Assembly: GCA_964483805.1 (NCBI GenBank)
Contig: CAZADH010000002.1
Span: 1,163 to 65,162 of the forward strand
Source of the DNA: an uncultured bacterium
GTDB taxonomy: Bacteria; Muiribacteriota; Ozemobacteria; Ozemobacterales; Ozemobacteraceae
Length of the DNA stretch: 64,000 bases
Direction: 5' to 3'
Shown: positions 48,280 to 58,162 of the stretch, in pieces
Position numbering within the stretch: position 1 is the first letter of the stretch
Layout: each line of letters starts with the position of its first letter
Position numbers and translations under genes: made by a program
The notes under the pieces: generated by a model
Database searches by the model: none
What the model saw: the letters and a program-made list of their open reading frames with translations, nothing else
What the model was told of the DNA's origin: nothing

Positions 48280-51211
48280 CCCCACCCCGTTGACCGGCGA
48301 CGCCCACAGTTCTGCAGCCCCCCCCAAGGCGTTGCCCCCGTCTGTTCCAGACGACGGCGCGGGACACCGGTCACGCTGGCTGACCGTGCTCATCGGCTGG
48401 ACCATCGTCTACTGCTCGCTCGTGATCACGCCGGCGGTGATGTGCTATATTGTATTTACATCTGCCGCCGCCACTCGCTTCAATAGCCGGCTTGACGACG
48501 TGCGGCGCGACCTGGCGGTGCGCGGCGATCGTCTCGTGGCGCGCTGTGAGCGCGAGAAGGTCGTGGTGGGTCTCGTCGAGGGCCTGAACCGTCGCGGCAT
48601 CGCCGGTTTCCTGGCCAGGGCCCAGACCTGGCAGCGCCATCACCCGGGAGCGATGCGTTGGATCGCCTGGGATCGCACGGGAACGCTGCTCAAGATGCCC
48701 GACGAGTTGTCGGTGAACGGCAAACGTGCCTGGCAGGAGGTCGTACGCAAGATCTGGCATCCCGATGCCGGCAGCCGCACGACGGTGGCCGAGCGCGCCC
48801 AAGTCGTCGCGGGTTTGCAGCGGTTCCTTGGTCGGCGTCCGGTGGCCGGCACGCTGGTCGAGTCACCCCGGCGCCTGATCTCGACGGTCATCCTCGATCG
48901 GCCCTGTTGGTTCGTCTGGGCGCACCACCGGCCAGCACCCCACACGCAACCCGCACCAGTCGGCGATCCGCTCGGGGGGATTCTGCTGCAGGTCTTTCCT
49001 GAGAAACTGCCGGCCCAGTTCTGGATCGATCCGGTCTTGCGCCTGGCCGCGCGCGACCATGCCGACCGCCAGCCTCCGTTCGTCATGTTCGATCTGTGCG
49101 AACCGTGGCGCAATGTGGTGTCACCGTCGTTGGCCCGTCTTTCGCAGGGTTTCGTGCCCACGTTGCGCCGACGTTTTCTCGAGCGCAGCAGCGAACTGAT
49201 CCAGGTCGGTTCCTACATTGCTGTCCCGGTTTCGCTCGACGCGGCGGGCGACACCCCGCAGCGGCTGCTGGTGCTCGCCGACATCGCCGACCTGTACCTG
49301 GAGCGAGCCACCGCCGAGCGCCGATCCGGCCACCTCTTGCTGCTCTTCCTCGTCGCCACAGCAGCCGGTGGAGCATACTGGGGGCGAAGCGGCGGTCACG
49401 GGGTGTCGCTGCGGTTGCGGGTGGTGCTGTTGTTTGGCGCCGCCGTGTTGTTGCCCACGCTCGGCCTGGTCGTCGGCGGCGCCCAGCTCGTCCGGTGGGA
49501 GGACCACAGCGAACGGGCCGTCGCCATCGACATGCTGCAACAGTCGGCGCTGCGGCTGAACGCTCGCGGCTACATGTATTTCGAAGAATACGGCGAACGG
49601 GTCCGGGAGCGCCTGGTCGCCCGCATTACCGGGCTCACCCGGGAACAGGATCTGCTCGCCGCCCTGCGCACGGCCATGCGCCAGGGCCTGGGGTCGAGTT
49701 TCTTCGTTTCCAGACTCGATGGGGGATTGTGGACATCGGGAGGCCGCCGCCTTGCCTCGGGCCCTCTCGAAATGCTGCGTTTCGCCATGCGTCGCGAACA
49801 CAACGAGGACGTCAATCTGCTCGCCCAGAGCGTCGTTTCGCCGCCGGGGCAGAAAGCCGACGTGCCATGGGTGCCCCTGACCGCAACCGCGGGAGCGGTG
49901 GTGTCTCGCATCAACGCCGTGCGCATGCTGCGCCTGGGCGATGCGGAATACGCGGTATTGAAGATGGCCGTCACCATCAACTTCCGCACCCGCCTGGTCA
50001 TCGTGGTATTCGATCCCCACGACCTCGAACTCGATCTGGCGGCCCGTGCCAGTCTGAGTATGCGCCGGCGCGAACTGCGCTCGCCAACCGCGCTCGCGCC
50101 GCGGGTCCATTTCGTGGCGGCAACACCGATCGGCGGCTGTTCCTGGCTCAACGCCTCGCTCGGTCGCCAACCGGCGGTCGCCCGGGCCGTTGCCCTCGAA
50201 AACGAGACGGTGGGCCTCATCGACTGGGCCGGTGAGACTCAACTGTTCTTCGTGCCGGCCCGCGAGACGCGGGCGGTGTTGCGCCCCATCTGGTTGTTGC
50301 CCGACCGCGGCATCCGCGCACGCATGGAGCGGCGGTGGCAGTTGATCGTGCGCACCGCAGCGTTGACTTCGGTGGGCGCGATTGCGCTGGCGTTGGCGCT
50401 CGCGGCCGGCGTTCTCGGGCCGGTTCGCCGCCTCGACCAGGCCGTCGCCGCCGTCCGCGCCGGCGATCTGCACTCCCGGGTCGACGGCGTCACCCGCGAC
50501 GAGATGGGGATCCTGGCCATGGCCTTCAACGACATGGTCGGCCGGTTGCGCGAACGGGAGCGGATGAAGGCCTACGTCTCGGCCACGGTCCTGGCAGCCG
50601 TCCGCGACGACACCGTGTCGCGCGGCGCGAGTGCACGTTCGGCACGCGTCACCGTGCTGTTCTCGCACATCGCCGCTTTTTCCCAGATCGCCCGCACCTG
50701 GACCCCGGAGGCTGTGTTTTCCATGCTCAACAGCTACTTCGCCGGCGTCGAACCGGTCGTGCGTGAGCAGGGCGGCGACATCGACAAGTTCATCGGTGAC
50801 GCGGTCATGGCCAGGTTTTTTGGTGACGGTCAGGAACGGCAGGCGGTCAATGCCGCACTGGCAATGCGCCGGCACTTGAATACATACAACGTAAGTCGCC
50901 AACAGGCCGGGTTGCCCGCAATCAACATCGGGATCGGGATCAACACAGGGGAGGTCATGCTCGGCGATGTCGGCAGCCGCAACCGCAAAGACCTGACCGT
51001 CATCGGCGACGCCGTCAACCTTGCCGCCCGCCTCGAGGTAGTGGCGCATCAGGGCACGCACACGCGCATCGTCGTCTCGGCAGAAACGGCCGGACAGCTC
51101 GAACCGTCGCTGCGACTGGTCGAGTTGGCGGTCACCACGGTCAAGGGCAAAGACCGCCCCGTGCAGGTATTCGAAGTGGTCGGGCCGACCGACGCGCAGG
51201 TGCCCCAGTGA
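48242..51211 (+). CDS. membrane sensor class III nucleotidyl cyclase (cyc3); His replaces first metal-binding Asp
   Basis: HAMP (FNDMVGRLRERERMKAY) followed by VLFSHIAAFSQ ... IDKFIGDAVMA ... TVIGDAVNLAARLE. Start uncertain: the track GTG at 48242 overlaps the HEAT gene by 38 nt, and alternative TTG starts lie at 48290 and 48332. Confidence 0.8.
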   Translation: MRSRRVTSNPTVDPTPLTGDAHSSAAPPKALPPSVPDDGAGHRSRWLTVLIGWTIVYCSLVITPAVMCYIVFTSAAATRFNSRLDDVRRDLAVRGDRLVARCEREKVVVGLVEGLNRRGIAGFLARAQTWQRHHPGAMRWIAWDRTGTLLKMPDELSVNGKRAWQEVVRKIWHPDAGSRTTVAERAQVVAGLQRFLGRRPVAGTLVESPRRLISTVILDRPCWFVWAHHRPAPHTQPAPVGDPLGGILLQVFPEKLPAQFWIDPVLRLAARDHADRQPPFVMFDLCEPWRNVVSPSLARLSQGFVPTLRRRFLERSSELIQVGSYIAVPVSLDAAGDTPQRLLVLADIADLYLERATAERRSGHLLLLFLVATAAGGAYWGRSGGHGVSLRLRVVLLFGAAVLLPTLGLVVGGAQLVRWEDHSERAVAIDMLQQSALRLNARGYMYFEEYGERVRERLVARITGLTREQDLLAALRTAMRQGLGSSFFVSRLDGGLWTSGGRRLASGPLEMLRFAMRREHNEDVNLLAQSVVSPPGQKADVPWVPLTATAGAVVSRINAVRMLRLGDAEYAVLKMAVTINFRTRLVIVVFDPHDLELDLAARASLSMRRRELRSPTALAPRVHFVAATPIGGCSWLNASLGRQPAVARAVALENETVGLIDWAGETQLFFVPARETRAVLRPIWLLPDRGIRARMERRWQLIVRTAALTSVGAIALALALAAGVLGPVRRLDQAVAAVRAGDLHSRVDGVTRDEMGILAMAFNDMVGRLRERERMKAYVSATVLAAVRDDTVSRGASARSARVTVLFSHIAAFSQIARTWTPEAVFSMLNSYFAGVEPVVREQGGDIDKFIGDAVMARFFGDGQERQAVNAALAMRRHLNTYNVSRQQAGLPAINIGIGINTGEVMLGDVGSRNRKDLTVIGDAVNLAARLEVVAHQGTHTRIVVSAETAGQLEPSLRLVELAVTTVKGKDRPVQVFEVVGPTDAQVPQ

Positions 51212-54051
51212 CCCGCAACGACAAGACCGAACCGGCAAGAGTGCCGCTCTGGCAATGGTTTGTCTTGTATCTGCTCGTTGTTGCCCTGCCGTCGTGGATG
51301 GTCGCCGACTATTTCCGGGCGTTGTTTGCCGAACAGGCTGAGACCCGCAGCCAGATGGCCGCAGCCAAGCTTTCGGTCGATGCGGCGGCCGCCGCGCACT
51401 TCTTCCGCTCGTCGTTTCTGCTCGAGTCGCTCCTGACCCGCTCTGCCTGGCCCGAGGCGCGTTGGCCGCAGTTTGTCGAGGCGCTCGAACGTCGCTACCC
51501 AGGTGCCTTTCGCTGGATTCTCTACGACCGATCGCAGCAGATTATCCCCATCGTCCCGACGGCACGCCTGCCCGGCGGCCCGGGGTTGTGGCATCGGGTC
51601 GTGTCGAGTTACGCCATCGCTTCCATGTCGTTCTACCGGTTGCTCGACGCCCGCCTTGGCACCGATCCGCTTCTGGGCGAAGTGCAGCGCGCGCTCGGCC
51701 CCGGTTTTCGGTTCGAGAACCTTCTCTCGACTTCCAGGGGCGTGCTGTACGGCCCCTGGGAAGGCGAACCTGCCGTCATGGCCTGGTGGCAGGATGGTCG
51801 CGATGCGGCTGACAACATCGTGGATCGCGGCCGCTTGCGCGGGTTTTTCGCGGTCATGCGCCCCGGGCGCCTGCCGCCGTTGCTGCCGATGCGCCTCATC
51901 GTCAGGGGCCACGCCGCGGGCATGCGGCGATCGACCTCATCGTTGGTGGCGATCGACCCCGCCGACCCCCGCCGCTTCTACACCCATCCCACTGTTCCGC
52001 GCGAACCGGCCCTGGGCGAACGGCTCTGGACCGCCCATCGCCACCGCACCGCCGACGTTTTCCGCGTCGATCATTGGCTCGCCACCGCCGTGCCCATCCG
52101 CGAGGCCATGGCCGGCAGGGTTTTTCTCCTGCACGACCTGGCCCCCGGGGAACGGCAGTATCAATGGCAATACAACATATTGATGGTCATCCTGTTCGCC
52201 GTGCAAGCCATCGGCGTGCTGTTGCTGCTCTCCTGCTGGCGCCGCGGGGGGCTCGAACTCGGCCTGCGTTGGCGCATCATGAGTGCCCTCTCGCTGGCCA
52301 TGTTGCTGCCGCTCGGCGGCCTGTATCAACTGGGCGAGCGGATGGTGGCGCGCGAGTATCAGGTCCGCCGCGAACAACTGGCGGCCGGTTTGAGCCGGGA
52401 CCTGGCCTTGGTCATGCCACGGTATCGGGACTTCAGCAGTCGGTATGGCGCCGCTCTGCTGGCCTCACTGACACGCGCTGTGGCCGGCCCGTTGTCGGAG
52501 CGGGAGATCAGCACCCGTTTGCAGCGGTTCGTCAGCCGACCGGCCCACCAGGTTTCCGATTTTTACCTGAGCGACGCCCGAGGACGACTGGCCCGCAGCG
52601 GCCGCGAACAGTCAGACCGGCGGTTCAAGACCATTGCCCAGATCATGTTGTCGGGCGTCTTGCGCGACAATGGCGGCCCCACCGAGTCTTCGGCTTTCAA
52701 CGAGAGCATGCTCGAAACCGTGGCCGAGGTCGCCGAGAAAGACCGCCGCATGGACCAGTCGCTGCTGCGGGTAAACGAGTGGGGCCTGCACATGTTCATG
52801 CGCGACTCGCGCTACATCATTGCCCTGCTGCCCCGGGTCGACGGCACCATGCGATCGTTGCTCGTGCCGGTGAATCCGGCACTGGTGAAGGTTCGCTTTG
52901 CCAATCGCGAGTTCGTGCGCGGACTGACGCCGGAGTTGCAGGCCGTCGGGCTGAGCCGGGCGAACTTCACCTCGGACCAGTGGGGGCACATTCCCGCCGT
53001 GCCGGCCTTCTGGCAGAACGGCGAGATTCGCCAGGCCCTCGAAGATCGGCGGACGCAGCGCGCCGGCGAGTTCACGCTCAACAACGGCCGCTTCCTCTAC
53101 CAGACCGGCGCGCGGACCGCGTTGTTTCCTTACATTTTCGTGGGCGTGGCCCCCCTCGACCCGGTCGCGGCCGAGGTCAATCGACACGCATGGGCGTTTC
53201 GGGGTGCGGCCCTCTTTGTCACCGGCCTGGTGGGCGTTCTCGGCTGGTTATTGGCCGCCGGCCTGCTCGCGCCGATCCGTCGCCTCGAAGTAGCGGTGCG
53301 CCAGGTCGCCGCGGGCAACCTCGACGTCGAGGTGGCCGTGGTGGGCCGTGACGAGATTGGTCGCCTGGCCGAGAATTTCAACGACATGTTCCGCGGTCTG
53401 CGCGAGCGCGAGCGCATGCAGGCCTATGTGTCTCCGGCTGTCCTCGAGGCGGTGCGCGACGACGCCACCGCGGCGGGCCAGCAGGCGCGAACCTGCGAGG
53501 CGACGGTGTTCGTTGCCGATATCCGCTCGTTTACGACCCTGTCGGAGAAACATGGACCGCAAGCGATGTTCGCGATGCTCAACGAGTACATGACGGGGGT
53601 CGAGGCGTTGCTTCGCGAGCATGGCGGACGCATCGACAAGTTCATCGGGGACGCCGTCCTGGCGGTGTTTCTCGACCCAGGTCGTGCGGGCGCCCTCGAG
53701 GCGGTGCGGGCAGCATGGGCCGTCACCCGGTTCGTCGCCGAGTTCAGCACCCGCCGGCAACGGGCCGGGTTGTTCGGGGTGGGCGTCGGGGTCGGCATCA
53801 CCACCGGCCGCGTCCTGGTGGGCACGGTCGGCAGCGCAACCCGCAAAGATCTGGCCGTGATTGGTGACGAGGTCGAGCGGGCCGCGCAACTCGAAGCCGC
53901 CTCGAAACAGGGGCGTCACTCGCGCATCATTCTCTCGCCGGCCACCCACGACCTGGTCAAGGATGTAACTCGTTGTATTTCTCTTGCTCCCTCTCACGCC
54001 CGCGATGCCGACCTCGTCGCTTTCGAAGTGGTCGAAGCGCCAAGCGCTTGA
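51208..54051 (+). CDS. membrane sensor class III nucleotidyl cyclase (cyc4); Asps intact, Asn/Arg replaced
   Basis: GTG 51208 overlaps the TGA of cyc3 (GTGA). HAMP (FNDMFRGLRERERMQAY), then VFVADIRSFTTLSE ... IDKFIGDAVLAVF ... VIGDEVERAAQLEAA. Confidence 0.8.
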   Translation: MTRNDKTEPARVPLWQWFVLYLLVVALPSWMVADYFRALFAEQAETRSQMAAAKLSVDAAAAAHFFRSSFLLESLLTRSAWPEARWPQFVEALERRYPGAFRWILYDRSQQIIPIVPTARLPGGPGLWHRVVSSYAIASMSFYRLLDARLGTDPLLGEVQRALGPGFRFENLLSTSRGVLYGPWEGEPAVMAWWQDGRDAADNIVDRGRLRGFFAVMRPGRLPPLLPMRLIVRGHAAGMRRSTSSLVAIDPADPRRFYTHPTVPREPALGERLWTAHRHRTADVFRVDHWLATAVPIREAMAGRVFLLHDLAPGERQYQWQYNILMVILFAVQAIGVLLLLSCWRRGGLELGLRWRIMSALSLAMLLPLGGLYQLGERMVAREYQVRREQLAAGLSRDLALVMPRYRDFSSRYGAALLASLTRAVAGPLSEREISTRLQRFVSRPAHQVSDFYLSDARGRLARSGREQSDRRFKTIAQIMLSGVLRDNGGPTESSAFNESMLETVAEVAEKDRRMDQSLLRVNEWGLHMFMRDSRYIIALLPRVDGTMRSLLVPVNPALVKVRFANREFVRGLTPELQAVGLSRANFTSDQWGHIPAVPAFWQNGEIRQALEDRRTQRAGEFTLNNGRFLYQTGARTALFPYIFVGVAPLDPVAAEVNRHAWAFRGAALFVTGLVGVLGWLLAAGLLAPIRRLEVAVRQVAAGNLDVEVAVVGRDEIGRLAENFNDMFRGLRERERMQAYVSPAVLEAVRDDATAAGQQARTCEATVFVADIRSFTTLSEKHGPQAMFAMLNEYMTGVEALLREHGGRIDKFIGDAVLAVFLDPGRAGALEAVRAAWAVTRFVAEFSTRRQRAGLFGVGVGVGITTGRVLVGTVGSATRKDLAVIGDEVERAAQLEAASKQGRHSRIILSPATHDLVKDVTRCISLAPSHARDADLVAFEVVEAPSA

Positions 54052-54175
54052 TGCATGCGCGACTGCCGTAGAGTCATCCGCCCGCACACAACAGGCCCCA
54101 ACGCCTGCGCAGCTCCTTGATATTGCTTCTGTATTTATCGTATCCTGGCCATCATCCACACCCGGGGAGGCTCTT

Positions 54176-55135
54176 ATGACATCAACCGGCATTCGCGTAG
54201 GGGTCAGTAGTTGCCTATTGGGCAACGAGGTTCGTTTCGACGGCGGTCACAAACACGATCGTTACATCACCGGCACGCTGGGTCAGTTCTTTACCTGGGT
54301 CCCGGTGTGTCCGGAGGTCGAGTGCGGGCTGCCCGTGCCGCGCGAAGCGATGCGGTTGCTCGGCCGCAAGGAGTCGCCGCGCCTGGTCACGGTCAACACC
54401 GGTGTCGATCTCACCGACAAGATGCTGACGTATGCCCGGCGACGGGTCGCCGAGCTGGCCCACGAGGATCTGTGCGGCTACATTTTCAAGAGCGGGTCAC
54501 CCAGCTCGGGCATGCAGGGCGTTCGGCTCTACGACGCCAATGGTGTGCCGGCCAAAGTGGCCGTCGGCCTGTTCGCCCGCGAGTTCATGACCGCCTTTCC
54601 GCTCATCCCCTGCGAAGACGAGGGACGCTTGCACGACATGGGGCTGCGCGAGAATTTCATCGAGCGGGTGTTTGCCTGGCGGCGTTGGCGCGACTTTCTC
54701 GCCGGTGGACGGCGCCCGCGCGACCTCGTGGCGTTCCATGCCCGCGAAAAAATGCTCTTGATGGCCCACAGTGTCAAGCATCTGCGCGAACTTGGCCGGT
54801 TGGTCGCTGAAGCCGGCTCGATCAAGGGACGCGGAACCGACCTTTTTGACCGCTACGGCGAGACCTTCATGACCGCCTTGAAAACTCACGCCACGCCCAA
54901 GAAGCACGCCAACGTGCTTTCACACCTGCAGGGCTTTCTGAAAGACCAGTTGACCACGCCCGACAAGCAGGAACTCGTCGAGGTGATCGAGTCGTATCGC
55001 ACCGGCCAGGTGCCGCTCATCGTGCCGCTGACCCTGCTCAATCACCATTTCCGCCATCACCCGGTCGACTGGGTCGCCGACCAGACCTATCTGCACCCAT
55101 ATCCCGGGGAACTGCTGCTGCGCAACCATGTGTGA
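54176..55135 (+). CDS. DUF523 + DUF1722 domain protein
   Basis: N-terminal GVSSCLLGNEVRFDGGHK (DUF523) and C-terminal DUF1722-like helical region. GGGGAGG SD 6 nt before the ATG. Confidence 0.7.
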   Translation: MTSTGIRVGVSSCLLGNEVRFDGGHKHDRYITGTLGQFFTWVPVCPEVECGLPVPREAMRLLGRKESPRLVTVNTGVDLTDKMLTYARRRVAELAHEDLCGYIFKSGSPSSGMQGVRLYDANGVPAKVAVGLFAREFMTAFPLIPCEDEGRLHDMGLRENFIERVFAWRRWRDFLAGGRRPRDLVAFHAREKMLLMAHSVKHLRELGRLVAEAGSIKGRGTDLFDRYGETFMTALKTHATPKKHANVLSHLQGFLKDQLTTPDKQELVEVIESYRTGQVPLIVPLTLLNHHFRHHPVDWVADQTYLHPYPGELLLRNHV

Positions 55136-55179
55136 CCTCAGCCGCGCCCGGCACCGGCACACTATATTTCCGTGGTAGG

Positions 55180-55200
55180 ACGCGACTCCGAGGTCGCGTT
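55180..55200. terminator. 7-bp GC hairpin (ACGCGAC / GTCGCGT) between convergent DUF523 and MCP genes
   Basis: Stem 55180-55186 / 55193-55199, 6-nt loop. Weak T-stretch. Confidence 0.3.
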
Positions 55201-55232
55201 CGCTGGCCGCTGCCGGCCCGGCGGTATGTCGC

Positions 55233-56966
55233 TTACTCGCGAATGGTGAAGCGCGACACCAGCGCGTGCAGTTCGTCGGCCAGCCGCGCGAGTTCCTCGG
55301 CCGAACCGGAGATCTGCGAAACCGTTGCGGTCTGCTGCTCGATGGCGGTCGAGACCACGCCGGTGCGCTCGGAGGTGATGCGGGTGAGCTTGGTGATATC
55401 TTCGATCGTGCGCGACATGACTTCGGCATTGCGCGACTGTTCGCCCGACACCTTCGATATTTCTTTGATCTTGCGGTTCACATCACCGGTGTTGGTGATG
55501 ATGTTGTCGAGGTTTGCTGACACGGCCCGGGTTACGGCGATGCCGTCGTCGACGCGCTGGCGGCCGATCTGCATCGAGTCGACGGCACTCTGCGTTTTCA
55601 ATTGCACGTTGTCGATCAGCGACGAGATCTCTTCGGCAGCCTCCGCCGATTCTTCGGCCAGTTTGCGCACCTCCTCGGCGACGACCGAGAAACCCTTGCC
55701 CTGATCGCCGGCACGCGCCGCTTCGATGGCGGCGTTCAACGCCAGCAGGTTGGTCTGCGAAGCGATGGTACTGATCGTGGTGACGATATCGGAGATCTGT
55801 TTCGACGCGGCGTTCAGATCGAGAATGACCTGTGTGGCCATGTCGACCGACTCTTTGATCTTACCGATCATGTCGACTGCCTTCTTGACCGTCTGACCGC
55901 CGGTGGCGGCGACCTCGTTGGTGCTGTTCGACGCATCGACGGCCGTGGCCGCCAGTTGCGCCACCTGATGGGCCGAAGTCGAAAAGTTCTCGATCTGCCG
56001 GGAGGTCTTCTCGAGATTCGACGCGATTTCGACCGCCGAAGTGTTGATCTCGACCACGTTGCGCGAGATGTCTTGCAGAGTGGCCGCCGATTCGACCGAA
56101 GCCGACGACAGCTCCTGCGAACTGCTGGCCACATCGTTCGAGGTTTCGAGCACCTTCGAGATCATCTGACAGATGCCGTGCAGCATCAGGTTGAAGCTCT
56201 CGGCCAGGGTCTGGAACTCGTCTTGCGAGGCAATCTTCAGACGTGTCTCGAGCCGCCCCTGCTCGGCCCGCGCCATGCTCTCGATGATCATCTGGAACGG
56301 CCCCGAGATGCCGCGGGCGATGAAGACCGAGAAGAACACACCGAACACGATGACCGCGACCGGCAACACCTTCATGGCCATTTTGATCGAGCCGAAAAAC
56401 TCGAGCATCCCGGTCTTGAGTCGTTTTTCGGCGCTGTCGAACTGCGCCCCTGACAATTGCTCCATTTGCTTGCCCAGGTGGTCTTCGCGTTTCTCCATGA
56501 TCGTCGTGATTGCCAGGGAGAGCGGAATCGGGGCCGTTGCCGCCAGATAGTCGTCGATCACCGCAACCAGCTCGGTCGTTGCCGCTTCACATGAGTCAGC
56601 AATGCCCTGGTGCTGTTTGCCCAACTCGGGCGGCGCCTTCAGATCGAGCGCAGCCACCACGGTCTTGATCGACGGGGATTCCTCACTGACAATCGACTTG
56701 GCATCTTTCTCGGCATCGCGCACCAAATCGGCCGACCTCTCGGTCGGGCTGGCCAGATGGCGCACGGCTTCGAGGCAGAGCCGGTTCACGCGCTGCGACC
56801 ACCGCGCTGTCACTTTCAGCAACGGCAACTCGATTTCGGTGATGAACTTCACGTCGGTCTCGAGCCGCGACAGCTTCATGCTCGTCCAGACCGTCATTGC
56901 CAATCCGGCCACGACGAGAACGGCAAACCCCAAGAGGATCTTCTTGCCGATCGAAAGTTTCAGCAT
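55233..56966 (-). CDS. methyl-accepting chemotaxis protein (TM - sensor - TM - HAMP - MCP signalling domain)
   Basis: Highly conserved MCP signalling region (QTNLLALNAAIEAARAGDQGKGFSVVAEEVRKLAEES) and a HAMP segment. Confidence 0.85.
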   Translation of the reverse strand: MLKLSIGKKILLGFAVLVVAGLAMTVWTSMKLSRLETDVKFITEIELPLLKVTARWSQRVNRLCLEAVRHLASPTERSADLVRDAEKDAKSIVSEESPSIKTVVAALDLKAPPELGKQHQGIADSCEAATTELVAVIDDYLAATAPIPLSLAITTIMEKREDHLGKQMEQLSGAQFDSAEKRLKTGMLEFFGSIKMAMKVLPVAVIVFGVFFSVFIARGISGPFQMIIESMARAEQGRLETRLKIASQDEFQTLAESFNLMLHGICQMISKVLETSNDVASSSQELSSASVESAATLQDISRNVVEINTSAVEIASNLEKTSRQIENFSTSAHQVAQLAATAVDASNSTNEVAATGGQTVKKAVDMIGKIKESVDMATQVILDLNAASKQISDIVTTISTIASQTNLLALNAAIEAARAGDQGKGFSVVAEEVRKLAEESAEAAEEISSLIDNVQLKTQSAVDSMQIGRQRVDDGIAVTRAVSANLDNIITNTGDVNRKIKEISKVSGEQSRNAEVMSRTIEDITKLTRITSERTGVVSTAIEQQTATVSQISGSAEELARLADELHALVSRFTIRE

Positions 56967-57004
56967 GTTCGTCTACCGTGTTGCACGCGATACGCAGAAG
57001 CTGT

Positions 57005-58102
57005 TCACAACCGCCCCCGCTGCATGTTGAATGAATCGAGGCGGTAGTGAGGGACAAACAGCTCTTTGAAGGTCGCCATGGCAAACCCATCGGTCATGCT
57101 GGCCAGATGATCGACGACCGTTCGCCAGACCGGGGTGTCCGGCGCCACCGGGTGATGCAACCGGGTCAGCAGGCGTTCGGGTTTGCTCATAAAATACTGG
57201 GCCATCTGCCGCAACAACACCCGGCTCTTTTCGATCTCGTCTTCGATTTCGTGGCGGGTGTAGACCTTCTCGTAGAGAAATGCCCGCAACTCCTCGGCGG
57301 CATCGGCCACCGGCTTGCTCAAGGCAATTGCCGGCTTGCCCCAGCTTTCGAGAATGATGTCTTTGACCATGCCGTGAATACGTTGTGAGTTGCGCTCGCC
57401 CAGAAGCGTCACCGGGCCTGCCGGCAAGTCGCTCAGACTGATCAAACCCGCCCGCACCGCATCGTCGATATCGTGATTGATATAGGCCACGAGGTCGGCC
57501 AGGCGGACCACCTGGGCCTCGAGCGTCAACGGGGCTTCGGCAGCGCCGCTGAGCAGCAACGGCCCGGACCGCCCCTTGCTGTGCTTCAGAATGCCGTCGA
57601 CCACCTCGGCGGTCAGGTTGAGGCCCGCACCGTTCTTTTCGAGGTGCCGCACCACGCGCACGCTGTGGACGGCGTGGTGAAACCCTTCGGGCGAAAGCTC
57701 ACCCAGCACCTGCTCACCAGCATGCCCGAACGGGGTGTGCCCCAGATCGTGCCCGAAGGCGATGGCCTCGGTGAGATCTTCGTTGAGCCGCAGCCCACGG
57801 GCAATCGTGCGCGCGATCTGGGCCACCTCGAGGGTGTGCGTCAGGCGGGTGCGAAAGTGATCGTTGCGTGGAGCCAGGAACACCTGGGTCTTGTGCTTCA
57901 ACCGCCGAAACGCCTCGCTGTGCAGGATCCGATCGCGATCGCGTTGAAAACAGGTGCGATAGAAGCAATCGCGCTCCGGCCGGTCGCGCCCGCGCGACGC
58001 CTGGCTCTTGCAGGCGAACGGCGACAGAAACGCCGTTTCCTGGTCCTCGAGCATACGTCGTATGACGTCGCCTTCGGGTCGCTTCACTTCGTGTTCGCTC
58101 AT
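57005..58102 (-). CDS. dGTP triphosphohydrolase-like HD domain protein
   Basis: HD motifs RLTHTLEVAQIAR, FGHDLGHTPFGH and ADLVAYINHDIDD. Confidence 0.8.
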   Translation of the reverse strand: MSEHEVKRPEGDVIRRMLEDQETAFLSPFACKSQASRGRDRPERDCFYRTCFQRDRDRILHSEAFRRLKHKTQVFLAPRNDHFRTRLTHTLEVAQIARTIARGLRLNEDLTEAIAFGHDLGHTPFGHAGEQVLGELSPEGFHHAVHSVRVVRHLEKNGAGLNLTAEVVDGILKHSKGRSGPLLLSGAAEAPLTLEAQVVRLADLVAYINHDIDDAVRAGLISLSDLPAGPVTLLGERNSQRIHGMVKDIILESWGKPAIALSKPVADAAEELRAFLYEKVYTRHEIEDEIEKSRVLLRQMAQYFMSKPERLLTRLHHPVAPDTPVWRTVVDHLASMTDGFAMATFKELFVPHYRLDSFNMQRGRL

Positions 58103-58143
58103 TAACCTGGTCTCCGGCTGCTGCGCCGGTCACACCCACATGT

Positions 58144-58162
58144 CAATACAACAGCAATCAGG
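58144..58162. repeat. CAATACAACAGCAATCAGG element overlapping the thymidine phosphorylase stop codon
   Basis: Shares CAATACAA and AATCAGG with the 35002 and 59529 elements. Its reverse complement with flank shares ATCGTATCCTG plus ATTGCTnnTGTATT with 54122-54147. Confidence 0.4.

Noticed and set aside
58103-58157. TTGACA in TTGTATTGACA as the -35 box of a dGTPase promoter
   Set aside because: No acceptable -10 hexamer 16-19 nt downstream (CAGCAG).
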